Position numbers and translations under genes: made by a program
From: Podarcis bocagei
Taxonomy: Eukaryota
Length of the DNA stretch: 64,000 bases
Strand: one strand, 5' to 3'
Assembly: GCA_964188305.1 (NCBI GenBank)
Contig: OZ076888.1
The notes under the pieces: model-generated
What the model saw: the letters and a program-made list of their open reading frames with translations, nothing else
Database searches by the model: none
What the model was told of the DNA's origin: nothing
Part shown: piece by piece, positions 27,397-39,104 of the stretch
Layout: each line of letters opens with the position of its first letter
Position numbering within the stretch: the stretch's first letter is position 1

Positions 27397-28321
27397 CCTC
27401 TAAACAAGGAGGCTCCATTTAGCTAAGAGACCCATCCTCCTTGAGCAATACAGTGCTCCACGTTCCTCCCCCAACTCTTGAGCTTGAAGCGCAGCAGATG
27501 TTTCCAAACTCCTACATCTTCCCAAGGAAGACCCAAGGTCCCTTTCACCAGGCATCTGGGAAGTATCTTTATTTATTTATATTGGATATTTATATCCTGC
27601 CTTTCTATGATAAAAGCAAACTCAAGGTCTTGTTTCCTCTTTACTTTTCCTCTTGGTGTGAAAAAAGTCCCAATTAACACCCTCTTACCTTGAAACCTCC
27701 CTTAACTGGAGGTCAGCAGTAGCCTGACCCATCTCCCAATTTCCTTGAATTATATTGCACTACGGGTTTTATCCTGCCAAATCTCAGTCAAAGCTATTTA
27801 GGGATTCTCCAGAGTGATCTTGCTTTGTGTTTCTTCTCTGTAACAATGGGGCTTCAAAAATCCTTTTGGAAAAGGCCTTTCAGAGTTATCTGTTCCCTCC
27901 CCATCCACACTGATGCAGCTTTTACAATGCTCTCTCTCAGACCAGGCCAAAAAGCTTAATTATGAAGAAAAGAAACTCAAGTGAAGGGACACTTTGAAAT
28001 GGATGGGGGGGGGGAGGCAGGAAGTGCAACTGACTAGCAGGAAGCACAGCTGAAATGCACTTCCTGTTCACTCCATCTTGTGCATCTTTCCCAACAAGGA
28101 AACAAATAAGTTTCCAGTGTGAAGACTTGCTTGCATATCTCCCCGCCTTAGAGAAATGCATTAAATCATTTTAAGAAGAGCCAGAAAAATGCTGAGAACA
28201 CGAAGCACAAACTTACTGCTCTTTCTGTTGCCCTCAATAATTTCCACATCTCTAACAGCCTGTCTTACAGTGCTTGGCTGCTGTCAGAGCCTGCAACATA
28301 AACTTTAGTAAACAGGCTTAC

Positions 28322-28487
28322 TTGAAATTGATTTGATAGATGTTTGTGTGCTGCTGCTGCCATTGCTGCTGTTGCTACGTGTTGATGATCTGGTTGAAGG
28401 TGTCGACAGGCCTCTTGAATTAAACACAATTCCATGGGATTGAGGATATAAATTACTGTAATCAGCTGCACTAACAACTCTGGACAT
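28322..28487 (-). CDS. EFCAB6: EFCAB6 first coding exon (ATG at 28487, acceptor before 28492)
   Basis: MSRVVSAADYSNLYPQSHGIVFNSRGLSTPSTRSS...SIKSIS; polypyrimidine acceptor ctttccgcag 5 nt before the ATG; donor A|GTAAGC in phase 1 fits the next exon. Only weak similarity to the human N-terminus. Confidence 0.75.
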
Positions 28488-28961
28488 GATTCCTGCGGAA
28501 AGTAAAAGGTGTGACACCAGCTATGAGGGCATGGAATTGAATCAGAACTGATCTCACTCCACAAGCAGCTTGAGCAATTCCAGGGAGCTGAGACTTAGGG
28601 CTCGTCCACATTTGCACTTGACCCATGCCTAGAAAGCAGATTCCAGAAGACACTTTAGATCAGGAAGATTGCACTGCACATCACTGCTGCTTCAACCCAT
28701 ATTTCCAACTAAACATGCTTAAATAATGGACTGTATCTATTTAGGATATGAATGAAGCCTTTGGAGTAGGGGCCAAACATAGTAGGGTATTTCTAAGTCA
28801 TTATGAATAAGGTGAGGCTGTTAATAAACTACATGCAGAGCCAATGTGGCATTGTAGTTATAATTAATGCTGAACTTGGGCTGTGGAGACCCAAACTCAA
28901 ATCTCCATTTGACCATGAAGGTCGCTGGAGGGCCTACCATGATCTCTCAGACAAGCCTACC

Positions 28962-29105
28962 TTTCTTTTTCTTTTTTTAATAATTTTTATTAACCGGCCA
29001 ATCAAATCAAATCACATCACATAAGTTCTGAATTACAAAGCCAAATTTTAAATTTTGTTGGGGGGGCCCATATTTCAAGATCCGAAGGGGGATTCTGATC
29101 TTCCT
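28962..29105 (-). mobile_element. 3' end fragment of the retroposon family at 10574-11714
   Basis: ataatttttattaac.ggccaatca...aattttgttggggg...tccgaa matches 10580-10710. Confidence 0.75.
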
Positions 29106-29620
29106 ATTGGTACAAAAAACCCCACCCTGTTCTCTGAACTTGTTTCATCTGCAGTCAGCCCGCAACTTACGCACATTTAACTTGTGTTCTTTCAACTTTA
29201 TGCACTTGGCAAATAAAAACAAAACTGAAAGGGGGCAGGCATACTAGGAAAAAGGACTTTGGCGATCCCACCAGCCATTGCACTCGGTGTGCTTTGATGA
29301 TATGATATTGGCTTTAAGGGTGGGCTTTGGCAATACGGTGCCCTGAGCCAGGACAAAAATTGGTGTCCCCTCCCCCAAAATATTTATTTTCGCAATGGTT
29401 CCTTTTGGCACAGTTGCTTTTTTACGGATCCTCTCAGTAGATAACAATAAACCTATATTTATATGGGTATTACTTTTATTATGTTGCGCCCTCTCGCCTT
29501 GGCCCCCTGTGCGGGGGGGGGGGCACCGCCCTAAATCCAGCGCTGCCCCAAAACATGACCCCTGTGTAAGTCACAGGCTTGCTGCACTCGTTGAAAACAA
29601 AACAAATCACAATTTTGTAC

Positions 29621-30170
29621 CTGCAGACTCTTCTCCAGCTACGGGAAAGGATTCCCTGCCTGATGACGCCGAAGGAAGCCCCCTCCCGGGATCGTGAGTA
29701 CCTGGCTGAAATCCGTGCAGCTTTGCCCTCCCTCCCGAGGCGCCTGCGAGCGGGGGCGGCGGGGCGGCGAGACCCCGCGTCCCGACCAGCTTCTGGGAAG
29801 TTCCGCCGCCCGAGATTCCGCACGCGCGCCGGCCGAGGCGCGTTTCTAAGACGCTGTTGCCCCGGCAACGGAGAGCCGCTCCGGATTGGCAGGGGGGCCT
29901 GGCGGCTGCCTAGCAACCGGAGGAGGGCGACAATCGCATCCCCCCGCCGCACCTCCGGCTCAGCGGGTTGGGTTTCCCCTCTGCAAACGAGCGTGCGCCC
30001 GGATCGGCGGCCTCTCCTGCCTGGCTGAGCTGAGGCCGTCCTCCTCGCGCGCTTTTACCTCGGAGTAAGTCCCAATGGGTACCCAGGGGAAGGGGCTCTG
30101 CTCCCATCCCAACTCACCCGGCTGCGCAGACGGAGAGGGTGGGGCAACGGGGATCGCAGATCGGAGTTTC
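29621..30170 (-). promoter_or_regulatory. EFCAB6: EFCAB6 CpG-island promoter and probable non-coding first exon
   Basis: CpG-dense stretch ~1.1 kb upstream of the first coding exon. Palindromic RFX X-box GTTGCCCCGGCAAC at 29856-29869, second X-box-like GCTGCCTAGCAAC at 29905-29917, CCAAT (minus) at 29885-29889, minus-strand donor CAG|GTACAA at 29621/29620. Confidence 0.8.
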
Positions 30171-30173
30171 CAA

Positions 30174-30620
30174 AATAAAAAAAATCCTTCCAGTAGCACC
30201 TTAAAGACCAACTAAGTTAGTTCTTGGTATGAGCTTTCGTGTGCATGCACACTTCTTCAGATACACTCAGATACACAGTGTATCTGAAGAAGTGTGCATG
30301 CACACGAAAGCTCATACCAAGAAACACCTTCTCACCCCTTGCCTTTTCCTGTAAGACCTATTGCAGTTGTTAAGAGTCATCAACAGGCTCATCTCAGCTA
30401 TCTGCCAATCTCCCATTCCCACCACCCTTCTGAGTAATACCCCTCCCCACCTTCTCACTATATAGAAGGATCTGGCAACTTCTGTTTCAGTGTATCTGAA
30501 GAAGTGTGCATGCACACGAAAGCTCATACCAAGAACTAACTTAGTTGGTCTTTAAGGTGCTACTGGAAGGAATTTTTTTATTTTGACTATGGCAGACCAA
30601 CACGGCTACCTATCTGTAAC
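30174..30620. mobile_element. Penelope-like element remnant (inverted plus direct pseudo-LTR copies)
   Basis: 12-bp TSD CGGAGTTTCCAA (30162-30173, 30621-30632); the block ...CTGAAGAAGTGTGCATGCACACGAAAGCTCATACCAAGAAC... occurs once inverted and twice direct. Confidence 0.85.
30280..30317 (+). ncRNA. Minimal hammerhead ribozyme motif (further copies at 30492-30529 on + and 30227-30264 on -)
   Basis: GTAT-CTGAAGA-A-GTGTG CATG CACAC-GAAA-GC-TC-ATAC: core boxes CUGANGA and GAAA, stem I GTAT/ATAC, stem II GTGTG/CACAC, loopless palindromic stem III. Confidence 0.65.
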
Positions 30621-32214
30621 CGGAGTTTCCAAGTTGAGGTCACGATCCTGTGCGCGCTTTCTGGGGAGTTGAGTCCCGCTGCACTCGAGGGGGCTTTGCT
30701 TCAGAGGAAGCCGGCGCAGGAGAGATTGGCAATGACTGTGTAGATAAGTTCACCGGCGCAGAGCATGTATCTCTGTGGCTTGGGCTCAGGTGACGTTTGC
30801 GGACCAACACTTGTTTGCTGGACTACAACTCCGTCATCCCTGACAGTTGGCCATATTGAACTGAGCTGATAGGAGTCGGAGGGTCAATAAAAATCTGGAC
30901 GCCCGGAGGTTGCCCGTCCTTGTTTCAGCAGGTGTTGCGCACGCGGCAAAGTATCCCTCGCTTGCCTGCCAGGAAATGCTCGCACACCCGAGGAATTCCT
31001 GCATGACATGCAACGGGCAGGAAAGCAAAATGTGCAGCTTCGAGTAACGCAAAAACAAAGCAAAATGAGTTGTAAAGTAGGAAGATGGCAATTTGCCTTA
31101 GACTGTTTTCACAACATGACACTAGACTAGGGTTATTGCTGCTTTTAGTTCAGCTGTTCATAGCGTTGGTGAGCTGCCCTGAGTGTGTTTGATTATTAAG
31201 AGTCTGTCTTTGGCTTTTGTTTTAAGAATATTCAAAAGCACCAAGAGTCCAAGTAAGTGAGATTGCAGCAGCCCAAGATGTTTCTATAGTTCGATCCTAA
31301 ATGTGTTTAGTCAGAAGTAAGAATCATTGAACTCAAAGGTAAATAAGAAGGGGATCCATGTGTCAAAACACCACAGAGAGAAACAAATGTAGTAAGAAAA
31401 TATTTTTCCTGCTTGTAATATTGAAAGCACTCCTGCCTGGGTTGACACGCAGCGTAAATTAATAATGCAGAGTTTTTAAGTGAAAGAATAAGAGCTTTAC
31501 TGAGTTAAAATAAACTTCTTCATAAACAACATGGTTCCAAACAGTTTGAATGAGATTATATACTGACTCTGCTCACAACTGAGGCAGACAGACTCTGATT
31601 GAAATTTTACAGAGAGAAAATGGCTGCTACTTATAAGGAGAATGAGTTACATGTCAGAGTGACTCCACAGTTAGCAGTAAGGCCTGAATAACTTTAGTAG
31701 GCCCAAATGATTGTGCAGTCCCGGCACTTCCCAGCCTGCTTTGCTGCTTCTGCTCTCATGTGTCTCTGTCACATGACATGGGGTTAGTGGCATCTGTTTG
31801 TGTTGACAATGGAGTGTGCCTCTGGGGGTGAAGTCAACCTTTTGGAGAATCACAGCTGCAAAGGCCGGGAACTCGTAACTGCTGCCTCCCACATTGTTTT
31901 TGCTGTGTTAGCAGCACCAAAGTGACCTCTCCGGGGTGCAATCCTGGGAAGTGTGCATGGAGGTCCAGGGCTGTCCAGACGACAAGACGCCACCCTTGGC
32001 CTCGCTGATGAGGTCCAAAGGAAAGCAGAGCAAGATGTTTGGCGCCAGCTGAGCTGCAGGAGTTGCTGGAAGGAGGCCGTCCAACCATCTTAGGGACTCC
32101 ACTCCAGATTTGTGTAGAGTTTACTCCTCAGCCTTTTCTTCTCACAAGGCAGCGAGTAAGGTGGAACATAATGCCAGGGGTTGGCTGGAACCTAATTGAG
32201 GCAGGTGGTGAAAT

Positions 32215-32405
32215 CAGTGGCGTAGCGTGGGGGGTGCAGGGGGGGCCGGCCGCACCGGGCACAACATCTGGGGGTTAGGGTTAGGGGGCGCACATCCACG
32301 GGTTAGGGGGTGCAAATCCACGGGTTAGGGGGTGCAAATCCACGGGTTAGGGGGTGCAAATTACTTGCCTTGCCCCGGGTGCTGACAACCCACGCTACGC
32401 CACTG
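32215..32405. mobile_element. hAT MITE (family of 26935) with TTAGGG-containing 22-bp repeats
   Basis: TIR CAGTGGCGTAGCGTGGG; 8-bp TSD GGTGAAAT. Confidence 0.9.
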
Positions 32406-32616
32406 GGTGAAATCCCATTAAAACAGATGAGGGGAGTTTCTCATATATAGCCAAAGATTTGCAGCACCTTGTTAGATAATTGTTTATTTAAAATATTTGT
32501 ATATTGCCCTTCAGAAATGATTCTGGGTGGTTTACAGCCATACCACAACTACAGCTGCAATCCTATGACTTACCTGGGAATATATTTGGAATTGTACTAA
32601 CTTATCTGGGGGTGAA

Positions 32617-32981
32617 GAGACGCAGGAGGCACTGTGGTCTAAACCACTGAGCCCAGGGCTTGCCGATCGGAAGGTTGGCGGTTCGAATCCCCGCGACGGG
32701 GTGAGCTCCCATTGCTCGGTCTGCTCCTGTCAACCTAGCAGCTCGAAAGCATGTCAAAGTGCAAGTAGATAAATAGGTACCGCTTCGGCGGGAAGGTAAA
32801 TGGCATTTCCGTGCAATGCTCTGGTTCACCAGAAGCGGCTTAGTCATGCTGGGCACGTGACCCAGAAGCTGTCTGCGGACAAACGTCAGTTCCCTCGGCC
32901 AGTAAAGCGAGATGAGCACCGCAACTCCAGAGTCGTTCGCAACTGGACTTAACTGTCAGGGGTCCTTTACCTTTATCTTTT
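32617..32981 (+). mobile_element. Sauria SINE
   Basis: tRNA-derived head, tail CCTTTACCTTT, 15-bp TSD TTATCTGGGGGTGAA. Confidence 0.92.
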
Positions 32982-35900
32982 TTATCTGGGGGTGAATCCC
33001 ATGACATAATGTGGCAGTGACATCACCCCTCAAGAATGAAACCTGAGATAGTTGCTGTAGCCAGAGAAAAATGAGGTTTCCATTTGCTGGAACAGATCCA
33101 CACAGTTGTTTAGAATATTGTTCCTGAAAAACATTTTTGCATTCTTAAAAAATTAATAGATTGCACTTCCTGGAACAGCAGCAAATGAGAAAGGGACAGC
33201 AAACCCATATCTCAATTAGCTGGCATTTTAAGCTTCATGGACACATGCTCACGAGTCCTGCCAGGCATATCACAGCTGAGCTTCTCCTTTTTCTGGCACT
33301 GAATGCTGACCAGACAGCAGGCTCAGCCTAACTGCTAAGCATGACGGTACCCGTGTGCCTTTGTCACAACAAGGCGGGCTCTCCATAGTGTGCTTTGAAG
33401 AGGCTGAAAGCTCATGTTGGCTGTCTTGAGTCATTTCAGCACCCTGCAAGAGCCTTCTGTGTGCCCCCAGGCCATTCTCCCCAAGTTCCCCAGCTATTCC
33501 CATGTTACTGAGGTAGCACCTCTGCCACAATGATGCTTGCTTGTTACTGTCCTGGCCAGGCCCATTGGCTGCCATACCTAGTGCTGCCTCATCCCAATGT
33601 GTCATCGTCAGTGCCATGAGGGAAGGCCTTGGCGGAGTGAGTAGGCAGGCAACCCAGCAACCATCGTTTGTGCACATACATTGGTCTGCTCACAGGACAT
33701 CCACTGGGGCTGGCACTGCTGCTTTGCAGCATTTGTTGAATTAGGCAGCAAGCAGGTGCTGGGCAGAGCAGGAGCAGGCAGTGTTGAAATTCTGGGCAAC
33801 ACAACTGTGTGTGCACCTCACAGCCTACCCTTTGCTCCCTAAGGTAGCCTGCTGCTCTCGGGTGCTGTGTTGCTGTTGCTTGAAGACTGCTCCCAAACCA
33901 TTGCTATTTTGTAAGTGGGATTCAATCAGACACTGACAAATTTAAGTTGCCCAGTTACAATGGACTAGGTGTCATTGTCCTCTTGCCCAGCAAACTCGCT
34001 TCCTTCCAAAAATTGGACTTTTGCAGTAAGGAAGATGGTAGGATATTTTGCAACCGCCCTGTGATTTTTGGATGAAGGGCCATATAAAATTTTAATAATA
34101 ATAATAGGAAAATGCACTGAAACATATAGGATATCAGTTGCTTGACGTAATGTGGCATAACCTCCATGCATAAACAGCAGGTGCTGTCTTTGGTAATTGC
34201 CCTGTGGAGGAGCCCCCCTCCCACATACTTGGTAAAGTTTTAGACAAGTATTAGACTAAGTTAAAGAGAGCTCTAGCTGTTGTCATCAGCCACGGTCACT
34301 AAATGGAACCTCCCTGTACAGAGGCAGTATGAATAATGGATACCAGGGACAAACAACTGAGGAGGCTCAAAACCTTTAAGCCCTGCTTATGAGTGCTCAG
34401 AAGGGGCATACGGCTTCAGAGATAATCCTGGAATTTGCTCCGATAGATAAATTTACAAAATAATTTTTCACCATGAAATCTGACATTGCTGGCTACATTT
34501 ATTTACCTTTCTTTGCTGCACCTGCCCAAGTGCTCAGGGAGGATTACAGATTGCAGATTTTATCCTCTATCGTCCTGTCAAAAGCTCCAGAGTGGCTGGA
34601 GCCACCCAGAGTGGCTGGGGAAATCCAGCCAGATGGGCGGGGTATAAATATATTATTATTATTTTATTTATTTTATTTTATTTTATTTTATTTCATTCAA
34701 AACTTAACATTTATAAAAACACCAATTAAACTTTAATGTGTATTTGGGAATGCAAGTTAATTTCCTTTTCTTTGAACATTGATTTCCAGTCTGGATTTAT
34801 GTTCTGATAGGTGGATGCCGCTCTTTCTTTTAGGAATTGCCTAGAAGCAAATGCCAGGGGCAGTGAGGCTTAGTACTCTAACACCAAGTACTCTTAGTAC
34901 TCTAACGCCAGGTCCTAATGATTCATGTGGTGTAAAGATTCACTTATCCCTTTTTGCTGACTGGCAGGAGATCAACTTCATATAACTGCAGGTGTAGATT
35001 CAGAGCCAATGTATATAATCAGCAGAATGAAATGCAAACGTTTTCCCATCCAGGCTATAAGAGTGGGCGGTGGGCACATGCGATTTAATGCTCTTGCAGG
35101 TGCTTGTGGCGCGACATCTCCCTGGATGTATAAAGTCAGCATGTCAGAGTCGGGAAAGGTTCAGCCAGACCTCCTCGCTGCCAGGCTGTCTTTCTGCCTG
35201 CAAGGTTGTTGTTCTTTCTCCTATAGGAATATTCAAACATGCCCACCCTGATGGTTGTTGAGCCCACCACCTTCCCATGAGAGAGAGGCAGAGTTCTGGA
35301 GCTTTGGGGGCTCAGGGTCCCTTCATCTCCAGCGGCACCCCCTGGAGCCATGCTGTAGGTCTGTGCCAGAAAATGGAGACAGGGAAGAGGTGGTCAGTTC
35401 CTGCCACCACTGCAGGCCAAGATAGTGGCTGCATTGGGCTGGAGCCTGCTCATCCACATGCACCTGTGCCTGGAAGCTGAAGTGGGGGCTGTGAGCTGGG
35501 CTATTGCCAGCATCACATGTGTGTGTGTGGGGGGGGGGAATTGTCTAGCCACCAGCACAGGGGATCTGGTTGAAAACAAGAGCTCAAGAGAAAAGCCTTG
35601 ACTGCTCACAGATTGCTGGGGGCAAGTCCTCCCCCCCCCCCCCGGTCCTGGCATACTGGGCACTCTCTTGCATTGTCATGACTTTGCTGGCCCTAGGTGG
35701 AGTCCTGGCTGCCTCCAAAGTGGTGGGGGACCATGGAAGACAGCAAGGGAGTCCTGCCTCCCCCTCTACAGCCAGCTCAGTATCTCCTAGACCTAGAGTC
35801 ATCCGAAAGGTCTGCTGAAAGAGCTGGTGAGCAAATGGTGGTCTCTCCTTCAGCTCTTAAACCCTTGTTCCCTCTTGTCTCTCCCCCCTCTCCACACATA

Positions 35901-37179
35901 CTTTTTATTGTGGTCCTGTGGTTGGTTAGCAGAGAGAGGAATGTTAGGAAGACTGCCAGTTGCCAAGAAATAAAAAAAAAACCTGCAAAAATGGGGTGAT
36001 GCAATAAGTGACCTGTCGTGGAGCTGGGCAAGAAATGAACTGGAGAGATGTTGTTGGTCCCACTTAGATAACCCCTTCTCATCGACTTCTTCCTGCCCAG
36101 CGAAGTGAATGGGCAGAGACGACCCATTTATGGATCCCTCCTTCTCTGCAGGAAAACCTAGGGTTGCATCCAATGCTAGTCAGAGTGGACCCATTGAAAT
36201 GAATGGACATGGCTAGCGTAGGTCATTAATTTCAGTGGGTCTACTCTGACTTGGTTGCCTACAACCCCCAATTGTTCTTGCTTCCTGTGCTGCTTATAGG
36301 CTTAAGCAATTCCACCAGCCCCAGCCCATTTCCTAAGTTTCCTCAAAATGGTTAAGAAAATGCACACAACACATAATTAGCTCGTGACATTCACTATCAT
36401 AAGATATGCTTGCTGGCAGCGGCTTCTTAAAAGGATTAAACAAATCCTTGGAGCAAATGTCAATCATAAACTATTAGCTGTAGCAGCAAATCTCCATGTT
36501 CAGAGGCCATATGAGAGCCTGGCATAGGGCGCTGGCTAACGTTTCGCTGGGGCCTACTCCCTAGTCAGTGTGCTCAGGACTGCAGTCTTAGCGCATAAAC
36601 AGGTTCTGTACTTCCTTCCCTGCAGCAGCGAATGGTTACTGCAGTTATGCCTTTTGAATATGCGGTTTGCTTGCACTACACTCCCATCTGCTGGAGATTT
36701 CTTAAAATTTATTTGGATTAATATAAGATTGCCATGTTGGGCCATTATCACAGATTTCACAGTCTGTAAAATAAACATTGGGACCTTTCTGCATATCAGT
36801 AGCTGTCAGTTGGATATATGTGACTGCGTACAATCTCACCTAGACAAGATGGCGAGGTGATAAAGAAAGCTGTGCATACTGATGACCATTTCATCCTAAA
36901 TTTCTGGATAACCCACATATACATGATAATATTATTGTGTTTGTGATGCAAGGAAGGAAAAAACTCTGGAAATTCTTAGCAAAATAACGGAAACCTAGGC
37001 CTACAGACAGTTCAAGGTAGTACAACTTTTACTGCTGTTAATTGTGCAGAATCCTGTGCAGAATTGGTGTGATATTTCTGATCATGGAACCATTGGAGAG
37101 ATTATGAGTGGTGTACCATTTTTTAATCGTACTATTGAGTGATTTGATGATGGCCCTTGGCTAAGCAATACAAATTTCA

Positions 37180-38755
37180 ATCTGTTACCTCTGAGGATGT
37201 GGACAGGCTGCTTGGATGAGTGAAACCGACCACCTGTCTCCTTGATCCTTGCCCATCTTGGCTCATAAAAGCTAGCCAGGCAGGGCTGGGTAATGGGCCC
37301 TGTAGGGTGGTGAGTGCTTCCGTCTGTGATGGAGTTTTCCCAGACCCCCTTAAAGAAGCTGTCATCAAACCGCTTCTTAAAAAAACATCTTCAGACCTAG
37401 CTGCTAGGGCCAATTATCGCCCAGTCTCAAATATTGCATTCCTGGGCAAGGTAATTGAGCAGGTGGTCGCAGAACAACTCCAGGCACACCTCGAGGATGC
37501 AGACTCTTTGGACCCATTCCAATCAGGTTTCAGGCTTCATCATGGGACTGAAACTGCCCTGGTCATGCTGGTCAAAGATCTCTGGCGGGCAAGGAACAGA
37601 GGTGAAAACTTTTTCCTGGTCCTGCTGGATCTTTCAGAGACTTGATACTGTCAACCATGGTATCCTTTGGACTGTCTGGGAGCTGGGGGCACTGTTATGT
37701 AGTGGTCTCGCTCCTTCCTCCCAGGTCGTGTCCAGAAAGTCATGGGGGGGTAAGTGTTTGGACCCCTGGGCTTTCACTTTTGGGGTGCCTCAGGGCTCTA
37801 TTCTCTCCCTCATACTTTTCAACATCTGTATGAAGTTGCTGGGGGAGATTGTCAGGGGGTTTTGGCTGGGTGTTCATATAGCTCTACCTCTCATTTAAAT
37901 TGGAACCAGTGAAAGCAGTGAATGCCCTATGTGTCTGGGCAGTTGGGGGTGGATCGTGGCTATCAGATTGAGACTGAATCCCAACAAGAGAGAAGTACTA
38001 TTTCTTGGGACAGGGGGCGAGCAAGTGTGGGGGATTCCCTGGTCCTGAATGGGGTAACTATGGTCATAAAGGACCAGGTGCATAGCCTGGGGGCCATTTT
38101 GGACTCACAGCTGTCCATGGAGTGACAGGTTAATTCTGTGTCCTGGGTGGCTGTCTACCAGCTCCATCTGGTACGCAGGTTGAGACCCTACCTGCCCATG
38201 AACTGTCTTGCCAGCATAGTGCATGCTCTGGTTATCTCCCACTTGGATTACTGCAAAGTGCTCTACGTGGGGTTACCTTTGAAGGTGACTTGGAAACTGC
38301 TACTAATCCAGAACGCAGCTGCCACACTGGTAACTGGGAGCAGCCGCTGGGACCATATAACACCAGCCCAAAAGGATCCACATTGGCTCCCAGTATGTTT
38401 CCAAACACAATTCAAAGTGTTGGTGCTGACCCTGAAAGCCCTAAATGGTCTCAGCCCAGTATACCTGAAGTAGCGTCTCCACCCCCATCATTCAGCCCGG
38501 ACACTGAGATCCAGCTCCAAGGACCTTCTGGCAGTTCCCTCACTTCGAGAAGTGAAGCGACAGGGAACCAGGCAGAGGGCCTTCCCAGTAGTGGCACCCG
38601 CCCTGTGGAACGCCCCCCCCCACCAGATACTGAGATAAAGAACTATCTGACTTGTAGAAGACATCTGAAGGCAGCCCTGTATAGGAAAGTTTTTAATGTT
38701 TGATATCTTACTGTGTTTTAATTTGTTGGAAGCTGCCCAGAGTGGATGGAGCAAC
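37180..38755 (+). mobile_element. Degenerate 5'-truncated L2 LINE (RT region, frameshifted)
   Basis: KPTTCLLDPCPSWL, NYRPVS, DPFQSGFR..HGTETAL, GVPQGSILS, LDYC..LYVGLP, HWLPV; ends at the assembly gap. Confidence 0.9.
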
Positions 38756-38882
38756 NNNNNNNNNNNNNNNNNNNNNNNNNNNNNNNNNNNNNNNNNNNNN
38801 NNNNNNNNNNNNNNNNNNNNNNNNNNNNNNNNNNNNNNNNNNNNNNNNNNNNNNNNNNNNNNNNNNNNNNNNNNNNNNNNNN
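38756..38882. other. Assembly gap (127 N)
   Basis: Run of N. Confidence 1.
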
Positions 38883-39060
38883 NCCTACCTTTTCATTCAA
38901 CTTTTAATCCTTCCTCCTAGCTCGAGGATCAAAAATCTTTTTCATCCAAAAACCACATTCCTGTCTGGGCAACATGCAGGCAAGTGGGAGGGGGGCAGAA
39001 GTGAAGGTAGACAGAGCAATGAATGCAAAGATCACCTTTGTACAACAGGCGCTGCTTTCT

Positions 39061-39062
<2 letters not shown>

Positions 39063-39102
<40 letters not shown>
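39063..39102. repeat. (CA)n microsatellite (another at ~16450-16481)
   Basis: Direct dinucleotide run. Confidence 0.95.

Positions 39103-39104
<2 letters not shown>

Noticed and set aside
26997-27426. Repetitive ORFs in all frames, or a CRISPR-like array
   Set aside because: Caused by a 60-bp tandem repeat with no unique spacers inside a MITE; eukaryotic context with no cas genes.
27689-27838. Possible extra EFCAB6 exon (strong AAG|GTAAGA donor, upstream ATG)
   Set aside because: The ATG frame ends in phase 2 while the next exon needs phase 1, and the phase-1 frame has a TAA. It cannot be excluded as a non-coding or poison exon.
29479-30211. Overlapping 60-157 aa ORFs
   Set aside because: Arg/Pro/Gly-rich by-products of a stop-poor CpG island, with no homology recognised.
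31790-32150. Possible interspersed repeat
   Set aside because: It looks repeat-like, but no termini, TSD or second copy in the window support a call.
32617-32700. tRNA gene
   Set aside because: The A/B boxes belong to a SINE head followed by a SINE body and TSD; no cloverleaf is apparent.
38696-39062. ORFs containing X runs
   Set aside because: Artefacts of the N gap.
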